Positions 12,491 to 24,739 of a stretch of 64,000 nt of DNA are shown here, in pieces (the first letter of the stretch is position 1; each line of letters opens with the position of its first letter). The notes beneath the pieces are model-generated. The model was not told where the DNA came from. It searched no databases and saw only the letters and a program-made list of their open reading frames with translations. Source of the stretch: Hypanus sabinus (lineage: Eukaryota); contig NC_082722.1 of the NCBI RefSeq assembly GCF_030144855.1, forward strand, positions 27,776,001 through 27,840,000. The letters run 5' to 3'. A program made the position numbers and the translations under genes.

Positions 12491-14679
12491 GCCTTAAGTC
12501 TCTCCTATCTAAGGTTTGCTGTGACATTTGCCCCGACTAATAATGCCTCCTGTGATGCCTTTCAGATCCCCTCTCTCTGCTGGAGGACATATTGCTTTTT
12601 TGAGAATGGTTAGGATGAGAAAGTGTAGCGGAATGAGGAACTGATGCTGCATTTCCAATAGCATCATCAGAATGGATAAATGATTTGATAATTGGAATGT
12701 ACGATTCCAATATAACACAAGAAATAGAACACAGTAGTAATTTTCTGTCTGCTTCACCATTTAATAGTTCAAAAACGACTTTTTACTTCAACACCACTTG
12801 CCCAGACCGACCCTATGTCACTTCATTATTGTAATGTCTAATATTCTGCAGGCAACAAAACTCCAATAATCTATCACATTCAGGAGTTTGGCAGTGCCAA
12901 ATCAACAGTATTTGTGGACTACGGAATGTCATTAATTATAATTTTCGCTGTGAGCTTTAAGGAAATGCTTTAAGGCAACCACAAAATCTGGGCTTTGGTG
13001 AGTTGGAAGGGGAGCATGGAAAGCATTACCGAGTGGTCCAGATGCCAAACTATTAGGATTTCTAAATAATTGTATTTCGCATTATCAGAGCTTGACTGCA
13101 TGTTTGTATTGATAATAATTTAAAATGTAGAAACGTTCTTTTTAATATTTCTGTAGGTTTAGCATTTCTCATATTTATCATATGAAGAAATATTTTATGC
13201 CAGGGAATGTAATCACTTTTTGACTGGAATCATTCTGGACTCTTACACGTTGAAAGATCCTTAACAAACAACATGGGAAATACTGCACTTAACAAACTTA
13301 CTTTGGATATGGCATATTAGTATCTTCACAGCAATATGAAAAGACCGTCACTATTGGTAGTTTTTTAAGTTTTTGTACTTTATTTTTAAATTTAAAGCTC
13401 ATCAGTCCATTATCCAAAGGGCTAGATAATTACATTTACTTATTACACTACATTATGCCATTGTGGTTGAGGAGAAGGACTTGATGACGTAAATGGGGAG
13501 GGAGAACTATTTCCATTGAGACCATCAGCAGAGGACACATGGACACATTTAAAAAATGACTACCACATATCAGAGGTAAGAATTTTTTTTTTACACTAAG
13601 GCTGTGATAATCTCAATTATCTGTAAAGGTGTTAGTTGTAGATTCATTAGTGAGGGAATTAAATGTATACACAGAAAGTAATTCATTTCAAATCTTATGG
13701 GGGAGAAGAATATAAGGTAAGAAATGGACAGCCATTAAACAGACATGATAAGCTACATATAGAATCCTGCTTTTAATCATACAAATATGTTAAATATAGA
13801 TGAAAGACATAGAATAAAAAAGATTTGTTTAATAAATCTGAAAGTAAGGAAAGAAATGAATTGTATTTAAAACCCACTACTAGATAAAAGCATAATGAGA
13901 TTCTATTATATATGCTTTTTTATGAATACATCTAAACTGAAATACAAATTTAGAAGTCAGTTAAATGGCACTTTTAATATACAAATTGCGAAAATTTAAT
14001 CCTTCTGAAGTGAAATTATCTATTTATGGGAGCCTCCAGTATGCAAATTGACTGCTTACATCATATTAGGCTTTAGCTTAGGAGATACTGAATTTGTCAC
14101 AAATTTGATTTTTTTTAAAGTGAAATCTATTCTCTCCTGCAATAAATCAGAATGCTGAGCCTGAATCTGTCGTCATTTGAAAAAGGACTTCCTATACTTT
14201 CTGTTCCAGGTTTCTATATATTATGTATCTCCAACATGTATTGGTTGGCAACTATTTATTCCAGTAACTTTGTAAGACTTACAAATATTGTTTTGCCAAA
14301 TCAACAGAAACATGATTCTCATTTACTATGCATCTATACAATGCTTACTTTTATTAATTTTAAGAAAGAGCAAATAACACCAGAAACATTTGAGTCAAAA
14401 CTGTTAAACGTAAAGGCCTTCAAGAACCATAAGGTTAGATAAGCAGAGCCATTCCCCAAACTTGTTTATCTCCCTCCCTACCTCTTTTTAAACACCTTAA
14501 CACTGGAACCTCCAGCAGCCATTCCTGCCCTAATGACTGCCATCTCTTTAATGGTCACAATGTCAAGGATTCATGCACTGAACCATGCTTTAAGTCCGTC
14601 ACCTGTGATTCTGATGCTCCCAGCATTTTGTGTGTTGCTGCTCTGGATTTCCAGCATCTGCAGACCCTCTTGTGCTTCA

Positions 14680-15780
14680 ATCCCATACAGCTGACTGCAT
14701 GTATGTCCTACCTACCACTTATCCTTCCTTAGGATCTCTCTACATGCTCCATCCATCTACCTGTACCCCATCATGTCACCTATCACACTGGCTCCCATCC
14801 CCCTCCCAAATTACATTAAACCTTCCCCAACAGCCTGCAAGGACATTGGTCCCTCTTGAGCTCAGATGTAACCTGTCCTTGTTGTGCGTTAGCCTTCCCC
14901 AGAAGGGATCCCAATAATCGACAAGTCTGAAACACTGTCCTCTGCACCAATTGTTCAGCGACATGTTTATCTGCCATGTCATCTTATTCTTACCTTAACT
15001 GGCACATGGCACAGGCAGCAATCAAGAGATTAGTACCCTTGTGGTCCTGCTTTTTAGCTTCCTTCCGAGCTCCCTATATTCGCTTTTTAGGACCTCATCT
15101 CTTTCCCTAGCAATGTGTGGTACTAGTAAGTATCACGATCTCTGGCTGCTCACTCTCCACCTTAAACATGCTGTGGACTCTCTCTGAGATGCCCCTGACC
15201 TTGGCACCTTGGAGGGAACATGCCATCCAGGAGTCTCTATACATCCACAGAATTTCTTACCCATTCCCTGAACTACTGAATTTCTTGTCACCACTGCACT
15301 CCTCCCCACCCCCACCCCTTCTGAGACACAGTCAGAGTCAGTGCCGGAGACATGGTCACTGAGGTTTTCTCCTGGTAGGTTGATACCCACCCACCACCAC
15401 CAAACAGTGTCCAAACTAGTACACTTATTGAGGGGAAAGGCCGCAGCGGTACTCTGTACTTCCCAGTTATTCCCTTTCCTTCTCCTGGCATCCAGCAGAC
15501 ATCCAGCTGCCCGTCTCCTGAAACTTGGGCGTTACTGCATCCCTAAAGCTCCTGTTTATCAACCCCTTGAATGATCCGTAGGCCAGTTCCCGAACACACT
15601 CTGTAAGGAGCTGCAATTGGATGCACTTCTCACAGTTGTAGCCATTAGGAGCACAGTAGGTCTCCCTGATTTCCCACATTATGCAAGAGGAACACACCAC
15701 CACACTGGGATCCATTCTTACTGCTCTACCTATGCAATAATCAGGAAGGAGAAACTTACCAGAAACTCAACTCGGCCTCT
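14680..15780 (-). mobile_element. CR1 5' region (ORF1: CxxC zinc finger / coiled coil, SGNH esterase)
   Basis: ORF 15467-15715 (VVCSSCIMWE...CEKCIQLQLL) and 14776-14982 (WDPFWGR...DRLHL...GTNVLAG). Confidence 0.75.
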
Positions 15781-17993
15781 TGTCAAAGAATAATGAGCCA
15801 ATTCCTCAGTATCCCACCCTAACCCTGTCCTCACACAGTATAGCCACTCCCACAATAGCACTTCCACTTCAACCTAACTTCTTTCCAATGGCCCTTGCCA
15901 ATTGCCTAATTATGAAATAAATTTAAAACTGAAGAAGTCCTAATAGGCACCACTTTTAAAATCCAAATACTGGCTCCTGATACCTGAAACTGAACTAAAT
16001 GTACGGAACAATTTAAGTTTTCTGTACCTCATTGAAAAATGATTTTTAATAAACTATTTAGATGATTCATTTTCCAGTGCTATAAAATAAAAATTTGATT
16101 CAACTCAGAGTGAATCACATTTTACACCACCTATAATTTATACCATACCCATTGTTAAATGTTGGCAACCTTGAAAATGCCAGCTTAATTCCTAAATCAG
16201 AATTACATAATTTGATGTCATTCTCCAAGTATCTGAATTCTGCCCTATTTGCCCTTCATGCTTCCCTCCTCAGGTATCATGGATTTACCCCCTGCAGCAT
16301 TGCTGCATGAGTCCTGAAGGCACATAATTCTTTGTCCCACAAGCTCTGCACCAGTACTGACCCCAGAACCTGCCTTCTGACCCCTGACCTATATTGTCCA
16401 TTTCTGTGGAGTCCATCACAAATACAATGTCCCATTCCCTTCTTATTCCCCAAGCATTATTCCGTTTCTTCTTTTCCAGTCCCCAAGACATGTACCACTT
16501 TTATCTATGCCAGATAATATTCCTTCTCTTCCTGATTTCCAGTTTATACAGATTATTTCATTATTTGGGATATTCCCCACCAGGTAAAATCACAGCTCTC
16601 CCTTTCCAAATATCAATGTACAATGCTCATCTCCCACTTGCTGTTCACAGGCCCACCTCAGGCCCTGCAATATATATTTTTGAACATGAACTGTTGCGGA
16701 AAAGGTATTACTTGGACACGAAGGGAGATCATTTTTGAAAGTCTTTATTATAACTTGATACGTATCATGGGTAGCTCAACCTCTTCAGAGTTTTTGAGAC
16801 TCTCCCTGAGTACACAGACTTTTCTAATTATATAGGCATAGTGTATGTTATCAAAAGCTTCCAAACATGCTTGTGATATACAGCATGCACGCAAATAATT
16901 CCTTTGCTCAATAATCATGTCTTAGCACTGTAAAAAAATATATATATATAATCAGGTAACTATTTTCTTTATCTATTCGAAGCTACTTCTGCCTGCAATC
17001 TTGAAGCCAGAACAATTACACAGTTCAACTATATAAAAAAAGAACATCATATGATTATGCCTTGATTACTCCTTCTCAAGCTAGTTAGTCCTTTACAGCA
17101 GTCCTGCAGGAGCAGTTTGAGGGTGCTGTGGAAAAAAAGTCTTTAACCCCTTCTAGCTAGTAAAAAATTTCTTCCACAGTTCCCTCCTTGTTGATCTTTT
17201 TCAGATCAACACTCCTCACATGGTAATTCCTCCTCTTCCTTATAAGTAGGTTCATATTTTACATGATTAATACATTTCCTCACCAAGACCTTTCTGGAGA
17301 TGTTCAGCTCTGTGCAATTTCCATCAAACTTAGCGATGAGGATAATTGTTTCTACTTGATAAAACAAACAGCAAGAGTACATTTGTTTCCCACCTTTTAA
17401 AAACACCCCAGTCCAAATGTTCTAAATTCAGAATTATAAAGAACAAAAGAATTAATCACATTTTACGAAGCACCTTTAAGGCGCATAACAGAGTTAATTC
17501 TGTTTATCGTATCGTACTTTCCCAAGCTCTTTCCCGCTGCAGTTAGTCCAGCCATGTTCATCAGCTGTCTCCCAGCTAAACATTATGTCCAAGATTTGTG
17601 GTACCTTTGGACTTTACCCTTATTATCGCGAAGGTGCTTTGAATGCAACGAATTACTTTTCAAGCAAGAAGTCGAAATAATATTCATACTAACTTGAATG
17701 GCTGGAGTTGGATAACTCGATTCGGCATCACAGAGGACGCAAAATACGAAAACTTATACAATCTCTATCAAGATGTCTGAATGCAGCAGCACAATACTCC
17801 ATATCCGCATTAAAAGTAGAGACGAGTAAAAGCCAGCACCAAACGAGTTAATTCCAACATCACTAACAATTTGTCGCACGCACTGCAAATTCTCATTCCA
17901 ACTTCTGTCATGCAGGATTAGCAAAATCTGTATTTCTTTAACCATGTAAAATGGGGAGAAATAAAGACCTCTCAAGATCAAGGTGAATTCTGA

Positions 17994-19450
17994 TAAAAAC
18001 ACAAAATGCTGGCAGAACTCAGCAGGCCAGACAGCATCTATGGAAGGAGGTAGTGACGTGGTTTCGGCCCGAAACCCTTCATCAGGCGTGAAGTAACATG
18101 GGATGGTGGAGGAGGGATAGGAAGTGTGAGGAGAGGTGAAGTAGAGAGCTGGGAAGTGATAGGCTGGAGGGAAATGGGCTAGGGGGAAGGTGGAGAATTA
18201 TGGGAAATAAAAGGGTAAGAAAGGTAGGGCTGGGGGGAGATTATAGTGGGGGGGAAGAGAGAGAAAGAGAACCAGACTAAAATAATAGATAGGGATGGGG
18301 GTAAGGGGGGACAGGGGAATCAACGGAGGTCTGTGAGTAGAATGTTCATGCAGTCAGGTAGGAGGCTACCTAGGCGGGAGATCAGGTATTGCTCCATCGA
18401 CCTGCGTGTGGCCTCATCTTGACGGTAGAGGAGGCCATGAACAGATACGTTGGAGTGGGAGTGCCGGAAGCCAAGAGTCTTCACCTATCACCCTACCAGC
18501 CTACAGATCCAACCTATAATCCTTCGTAACTTCCGCCACCTCCTACGTGATCCCACCACCATTCACATCTTCCCCTCCTCCCCACTCTCGGCTTTCCGCA
18601 GGGATCGCTCCCTACGAGACTCCCTTGTCCATTCATCCCCCACCACATCCCTTCCCCACCGACCACCCTCCGGGCACTCATCCCTGCAAACGGAAGAAAT
18701 GCTACACCTGCCCCCACACTTCTTCCCTTACCACAATCTCAGGCCCCAGGCAGTCCTTTCAGGTGAGGCACCACTTCACCTGCGAGTCAACTGGGGTGAT
18801 ATACTGTATCCGGTGCTCCCTATGTGGCCATATATACATTGGGGAGACCCACCTCAGACTGGGAGACCGTTTTGCTGAACACCGGTGCTCGGTCCTCCAG
18901 CAGTGGCGGGATCTCCCTGTGGCCACACACTTCAATTCCACAGACCACTCCCGCTCCGACATGTCTGTCCATGGCCTCCTCTACCGTCAGGATGAGGCCA
19001 CAGGCAGGTTGATGGAGCAGTACCTTATCTCCTGCCTAGGTAGCCTCCTACCTGCCGGCATGAACATCCAACTCACAGACCTCCGTTGATACCCCTGCCC
19101 CCCTTACCCCCATCCCTATCTATGATTTTAGTCTGGTTCTCTTTCTCTCTCTTTATCCCCCCTCGCTATAAACTCCCCCCAGCCCTACCTTTCTTTCTCC
19201 TTTATTTTCCATAGTTCTCCACCTTCCCCCAGCCCATTTCCCTCCAGCCTATCATTTCCCAGCTCTCTACTTCATCCCTCCCCCCACTTCTTATTCCCTC
19301 TCCACCAGCCCATGTTACTTCACTCCTGATGAAGTGTTTCGGTCGAAACGTCGTTACTCCCTCCTCCCATAGATTCTGTCTGGCCTGCTGAGTTCTGCCA
19401 GCATTTTGTGTTTTTATTTATTTCCAGCATCTGCAGATTCACTGGTGTGC
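17994..19450 (+). mobile_element. Penelope-like element (GIY-YIG endonuclease) with inverted 5' copy of its 3' end
   Basis: ORF 18547-19089 contains CxxxxCxxC, VIYCIRC, YIGET, RLGDRFAEH and PVATHFN; 17994-18463 is an inverted copy of 18947-19418. Confidence 0.9.
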
Positions 19451-20009
19451 CTTTGAATTTTGATAGAGTTGGACATCAGCTTGCAATTACCTTAATTACA
19501 TTTTATGTGTCATTTTCAGCCCACCTGTTCCATAACCCTCTTCTAGCTTTGATACCCATGTGACACATCACTAGTCAAAGGCCTTCGTTCAGAGAACACA
19601 CATCTACGATCATACTCAGGCTTCTCCGGAGAAGCCAGCTTTAGATACAACTTAATTCTTCATCCTGAATGCTAAGCGAACGGACCTCATTAGCCCACCT
19701 CCCCAATGCAGAGGTTTTCCAAAGACCCTGCTAAAATCCATGTTGACCATATCCACTGTTATCCTTCATCAAGATCAATGGTAACCCGCTCAGTAAGCTC
19801 ATTAAGATTGGTCAGACACAACCGACTTTGCACAAAAGAGTTTGGTCAATTGCCAATAAAACCAAGTTTATCTAAGTAGTTATTATCCCATTCTTCAGAA
19901 CATCTTCCAATAAATTGCCCACATTTCTTTAATACCAACTATTCTATAACATCCCGGCTTACTCCGAGTGTATATCTTGAACAACGGCAAAACTAGAAAC
20001 ATAATTACA

Positions 20010-21605
20010 GACTAAGTTCTTGGGAAACTGAAAGGACTGAAGGTAGGTAATTCAACTAGACCAGATGATGTACATCCCAGGATTCTGATAAAAGTTGCTG
20101 AGGAGATCGTGGAGGATTGATGAGATTACAAAGATCTTTTGAGAACTACTAGATTCTAGAATGGTTCTGATAGACTGGAAAATTGCAAATGTCACTCCAC
20201 TCTTCAAGAAGGCAGAGAGGCAGAAAAGCGAAACCGTAGGCCAGTCAGTCTACCTCACTGGTTGACAAGATGTTGGAGTCCGTTATTCAGAATCAGTTCT
20301 TAGGTTACTCGGAGGCACATAATAAAACAGCCCATATTCAGCATGATTTCCTGAAGGGAAACTCTCGCCAGACAAATCTGATTGAATTATTAGAAGGGAT
20401 GAAAAGCAGGATAGATAAAGATAGGTAGAATCGGTTGTTGTGTACTTGGATTTTAGAAGGCCTTTGTCAAGGTGCCATGCACAAGCTTTTTAACAATCTA
20501 CGAGCCCAAAGTATTGCAGGAAAGACTCCAGGGTGGATAAAGCAGTGGCTGGTTGGTAAGAGACAAAGCGTGGGAATAATGGGAGCACTTTCTGGTCGGC
20601 TGCCTGTGACTAATGGTGTTCCACAGGGTCTGTGTTGTGACCAATTCTTTTAAGGTTATATGTCAATGATATGGATGATGGAATTGGTGACTTTGTTATA
20701 AAGTGTGAAGACGATATTAAGATAGGTGGTCAGGCAGGTAGTTTTTTAGGAATTAGAGACGCTACAGAAGGACTTAGACAGATTAGGCGAATAGCCAAAG
20801 AAGTGGCAGATGGAATGCAGTGTCGCGAAGTGTGTGGTCATGCACTTTGGTAGAGGGCATGACAGTTTTGACAATTTTCTTACCAGATAGAAAATACAAA
20901 AACACGGATGTGCAAAGGGACTTGCGAGTCCGTGTGCAACGTTCCATACAGGTGAATTTGCAGCTTGAGTCTTTGGTCAGGAATGCAAATGCAATAACAA
21001 CAGTAATTTCAAGAGAAATAGAATACAATAGACAGAATTTAAAGTTGATCTGTTATTAAGCAGTGGTGAAGCGCCACGACACATTGTGAGCAGTTTTAGA
21101 CCCCTTATCTTGGTAAGAATGTGCTGAAACTGACGAGGGTTCAAAGGAGATTCAGAACAACGATTCCAGATTTAAATAGCTAGTTATATGAGAGCGTTGT
21201 ATGGCTCTGGGCCTGTGTTCACTCGAATTCAGGAAAAAATGGACGACCGCATTGAAACCTATTTAAAAGTGAATGTATTTTATAGTGTGGATCTGTTAAG
21301 GATGTCTCCTACAGTGGGAGAATATAAATCCAGAAGACACAGCCTCATCCATAATAGAGGGCATCTTTTTAAAACGGAAATGAAGGGGATTTTTTTTTTT
21401 GCCACAGGCAGCTATGGGGACAAAGTCTTTATGGATATTTAAAGCAGAGGTGATACATTCTTGATTGGTTGGGGCAAGAACAGCTACGGGGAGAAGGCAG
21501 GAGATTCTGGCTGAGAGGAAAATAATAGCTATTATGAAGTGGCAGAGCAATCTTGATCGGCCAAATGGTATATTTCGGCTCCTATATACAATAGACATAT
21601 GGTCT
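20010..21605 (+). mobile_element. Degenerate CR1 LINE RT and 3' end
   Basis: V-T-P-L-F-K, GVPQG and (F)ADD-x-KIGG remnants plus 3' tail; many disablements. Confidence 0.8.
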
Positions 21606-23130
21606 TAAAACATTAGTTATACTGTAGTTTTCCGACAGCTCACCCACGAGTAAGGACATTCTGAATACCTCTATCGGGACCCTTTCACTTTCTGCTTTAG
21701 TTTCCAAAGAGGTCCGATGGGACACCTTGCCGTGTTCTGGGGTCTTCTGCACCCTAATTTGCCTTAAGGCTGTAATCCGTATATGGGCCATGATATTGTT
21801 TCTGGTTTGCTTACGTTGTATAGTCTCTGTGTACGTCTCCCGAGTAAGTACAAATGGAAATGCATCAGACCTCCCTTCACCACCCCACATGTCTTTCGGC
21901 TCCATGCTTTGCTGAACCCGCTGATCTTCAAAATAGATCAATTTTGCCTGTCGCTCTCTCTTTAGGCTTACTGAATCTGCAGAAGCCCTTAGATTTCTTT
22001 TTCACGTTAGAATTGTCCTTGACCTAGAATTTGAGAAGGGCAAGAACGCTGACGTCGGTATGGACGTGGGAAGTGGATTCAGGCAACCCTGAGCTCCGGA
22101 TGGCTATTGTAGGCAGAGCGAAATCCTAACTGCTGTGATGAGCAGGTAAAACCATCTGACTGCTGAATCTCCCCTGTTAGACACCGACCATAGCTGTAGC
22201 TCAAGTGGCCCACGTTTAGAAAAACTTAAAATTGGGCTCACGTTTTAGTAAACATTGTGCATGGTGAAATTGAAGTTATTCAGTTCATGTTTGACTCTCT
22301 GCAAGGAATCATTTCCACCAGCGATCCTATAGCAGTGCCAGGTCACTAACGACGGTTTTGCTGCAGGACTTCAGACATTAGAAAAAGTAGAACTGTAGAA
22401 ACAATGCGCTTAATATCAATTTACATTTGCGTTTCTGTTTGTTTCATGAAGAACATGATTCGCATCAGTCAATACGGGGCATCTGTTCCAGAAACTGTTC
22501 ACATTCCTGCAAAATCGCTATTACTGAATATTTATGACTAGAAGCTGAATTCCCTCAGCAGTTGAGCTGCCAGAATATTCAACTCCATGTGCATTCGTGC
22601 TATAGAAATCTGTGATACTTTGGGTTTTGTAGCTCAGCCTTGATACGAAATGAAAAATCTAAAAAATAGCCAGGTTTCCAAAGCTAACGGCCGCTGCAAA
22701 CCCAACTGTGCAATAAAGCTCAATTACCATTCAGAACAGAATGTTTTCCGCACTTCGGACCCTTAGCTTCGCCGTCGATGTGTATTCTCTGAACTCTTCC
22801 TTTCATCCCTCTCCCAAACTGACTGTTTTTTATTTTGCTCATTTTGTGACTGTCAGTCCTGGATGGTAACTACCCGTGCTGTGTGTGAATATATATACTC
22901 TGTTTTGGAACTTGGCCCCAGAAGAACAATGTTTCGCTAAGGTGTGTGTGTATATGGTTTAGTAACAATAAACAGAACATGAAATTGAAAGAACTTGCTA
23001 AATACTGGTTAATACTGGTGGGTAACTCATTTGATAGTTAAAGTGTCATGCGAGTTGGTGGGGAGATAAAGGAATCTACCTGCACTGAAATGGATCGAAA
23101 ATACCCAATATTACTTTGTTTTTACTGGAG

Positions 23131-23415
23131 CTCCTCCAACTCCATTGGAAATTGTTCTTACTGGAGGGTTTTTGTCTCCTCGAAAAATCATTTGTAAAAC
23201 TTCTGCTTTCTATCCGGAAGAAAGTAGAAATCGTTTGGCAAAGAAATAACAAGCAAATTCACACTGGAATACAAAGTATGACAAACCGAAGTGTGGATGT
23301 CTTGTACGAAGGTTTTAGGTTATTGGAAGTCACGCAGACTACTTGGGGAAAAGATATTTACACCTGTCTGGTCTCGCATGTCAACTTGCCGTTTTCAGCT
23401 ACATACAAGAGCAAG
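23131..23415 (+). pseudogene. Gene A: C1-set Ig exon of a SIRP/NCR3LG1-like receptor, frameshifted
   Basis: APPTPLEIV...IICKTSAFYPE / VEIVWQRNN...YTCLVSHVNL; relative to the intact copy at 62298-62591 it has a +1 insertion (~23220) and a 10-nt deletion (~23390), with an intervening stop; donor AAG|gtaaga. Confidence 0.85.
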
Positions 23416-24012
23416 GTAAGATGTTGCCTTGATGAAGTCATGGTGTTGGATCTCGGACGTAAACATCGACACTTTAGATCTGCCTGATCAGCTGAGTTCT
23501 GTGTTACTCTGGATTTCAGCATGTTCAGAATCTTCTGCGCTCTGTATAAGATGGAACACTTATAAGTCATAGTGATGGGGTCAATGTGAACTTGTTAAGA
23601 ACAGTAACTGAACAGCTACCTAAACACAGAAGAACGACTAATTTTGGAGCTTAGTAATTGACAGTGAATATTCAACGTGAAAGCTGATAAAAATAACGAA
23701 CGTGTTTTGTCCGTTAGTTTAAATCGTGTAGGACGAATTAAGAAATTAAATTCGTGGAGTATTCGTAAGGTAGTAAACTTCTGAACATTTGCAAAGATGG
23801 GACAAAGCAAAACTTAAACTCTATATCTCACTGTGATATAACAAAGGTGGGAATTTGCATTTCCTGTTTTATGATATATTTTCCGATATTGTGCAGTGAG
23901 ATTTGAAAGCAGCCTTGCAAAATATTTGACATTGTTGATTCTCATGTGTGCATTTGTTTGTAGATGTATAAATGCTTCACAGTTTCTTGTTTTCCGCCTG
24001 TTGATTCACAAG

Positions 24013-24112
24013 GCTCTGATACTAAATTCATTCCGGCATGTGCAGTGTGGCGGATAGGCAATTTTAGCTCTGATAATAGTTCTGGTGAAAGTCAAGTTAA
24101 AGAGATCGCACG
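24013..24112 (+). pseudogene. Gene A: transmembrane exon, frameshifted
   Basis: 100 nt versus 99 nt in the paralog at 59901-59999; SDTKFIPACAV then +1 nt and a TAG; AILALIIVLVKVKLKRSH recoverable; donor |gtaagg. Confidence 0.8.
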
Positions 24113-24739
24113 GTAAGGACCCTGATCGCTGAGAAATCTTATCTCTATTCGTGCAAAATAGATGCACTAAAGGGATTTAACTTCAAATAAAAATAACATT
24201 ACAATATAACTACACAGGGATGGAGATGTTCGAACCGGATTACAGAACTAATTATCAGGCACTATAGAAGCTGGATCTGTAAATGACATAATTCCACCAG
24301 TCTATTCGCTGGATTTACATGCTGTATCTTGTATATGCTACATTTGATTTAAACGCAGTACCCGAAATTGAAAATGCAACGAAATCTTGGTTTGGAAGTC
24401 ATATGCAGTTTTTAACCCCGATTCCCAGCAAAGATCCATACAGCACTGCTTAACCTGTAATGGAATCGAATATGTGTCCAACAAACCGTGTAGTACCTGG
24501 CGCATAATGATACCCATATGTTAACTAAACTCCACTAGGCGCCCGCTGCTCCACGAGGGTAAGCTGAATGATTATTGTCATCAATTTTGAAAGAAATGCC
24601 TCAAAACTTATAACTGTATTATCATGTCCCATTTTGGATTTAATCCAGAAATTAAAAATCTCTAAGGACATCTTGGGAACGAGGAAACATTATCCTTTCA
24701 GATTGAAAATCCCTCCCCAGAACGTAACATAAACGTTAC

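Noticed and set aside
12852-12970. Possible exon reading HSGVWQCQI (Ig-like D-x-G-x-W-x-C) or GNKTPIIYHIQEF
   Set aside because: No clear donor, no rest of a domain and two equally weak frames; similar weak candidates at ~10561 and ~13430-13576 could not be assigned either.
21582-21941. 119-aa minus-strand ORF partly shared with 63700-64000
   Set aside because: Differences between the two copies fall mostly at codon positions 1 and 2, the second copy is frameshifted, and no domain is recognisable; similarity is explained by duplication.
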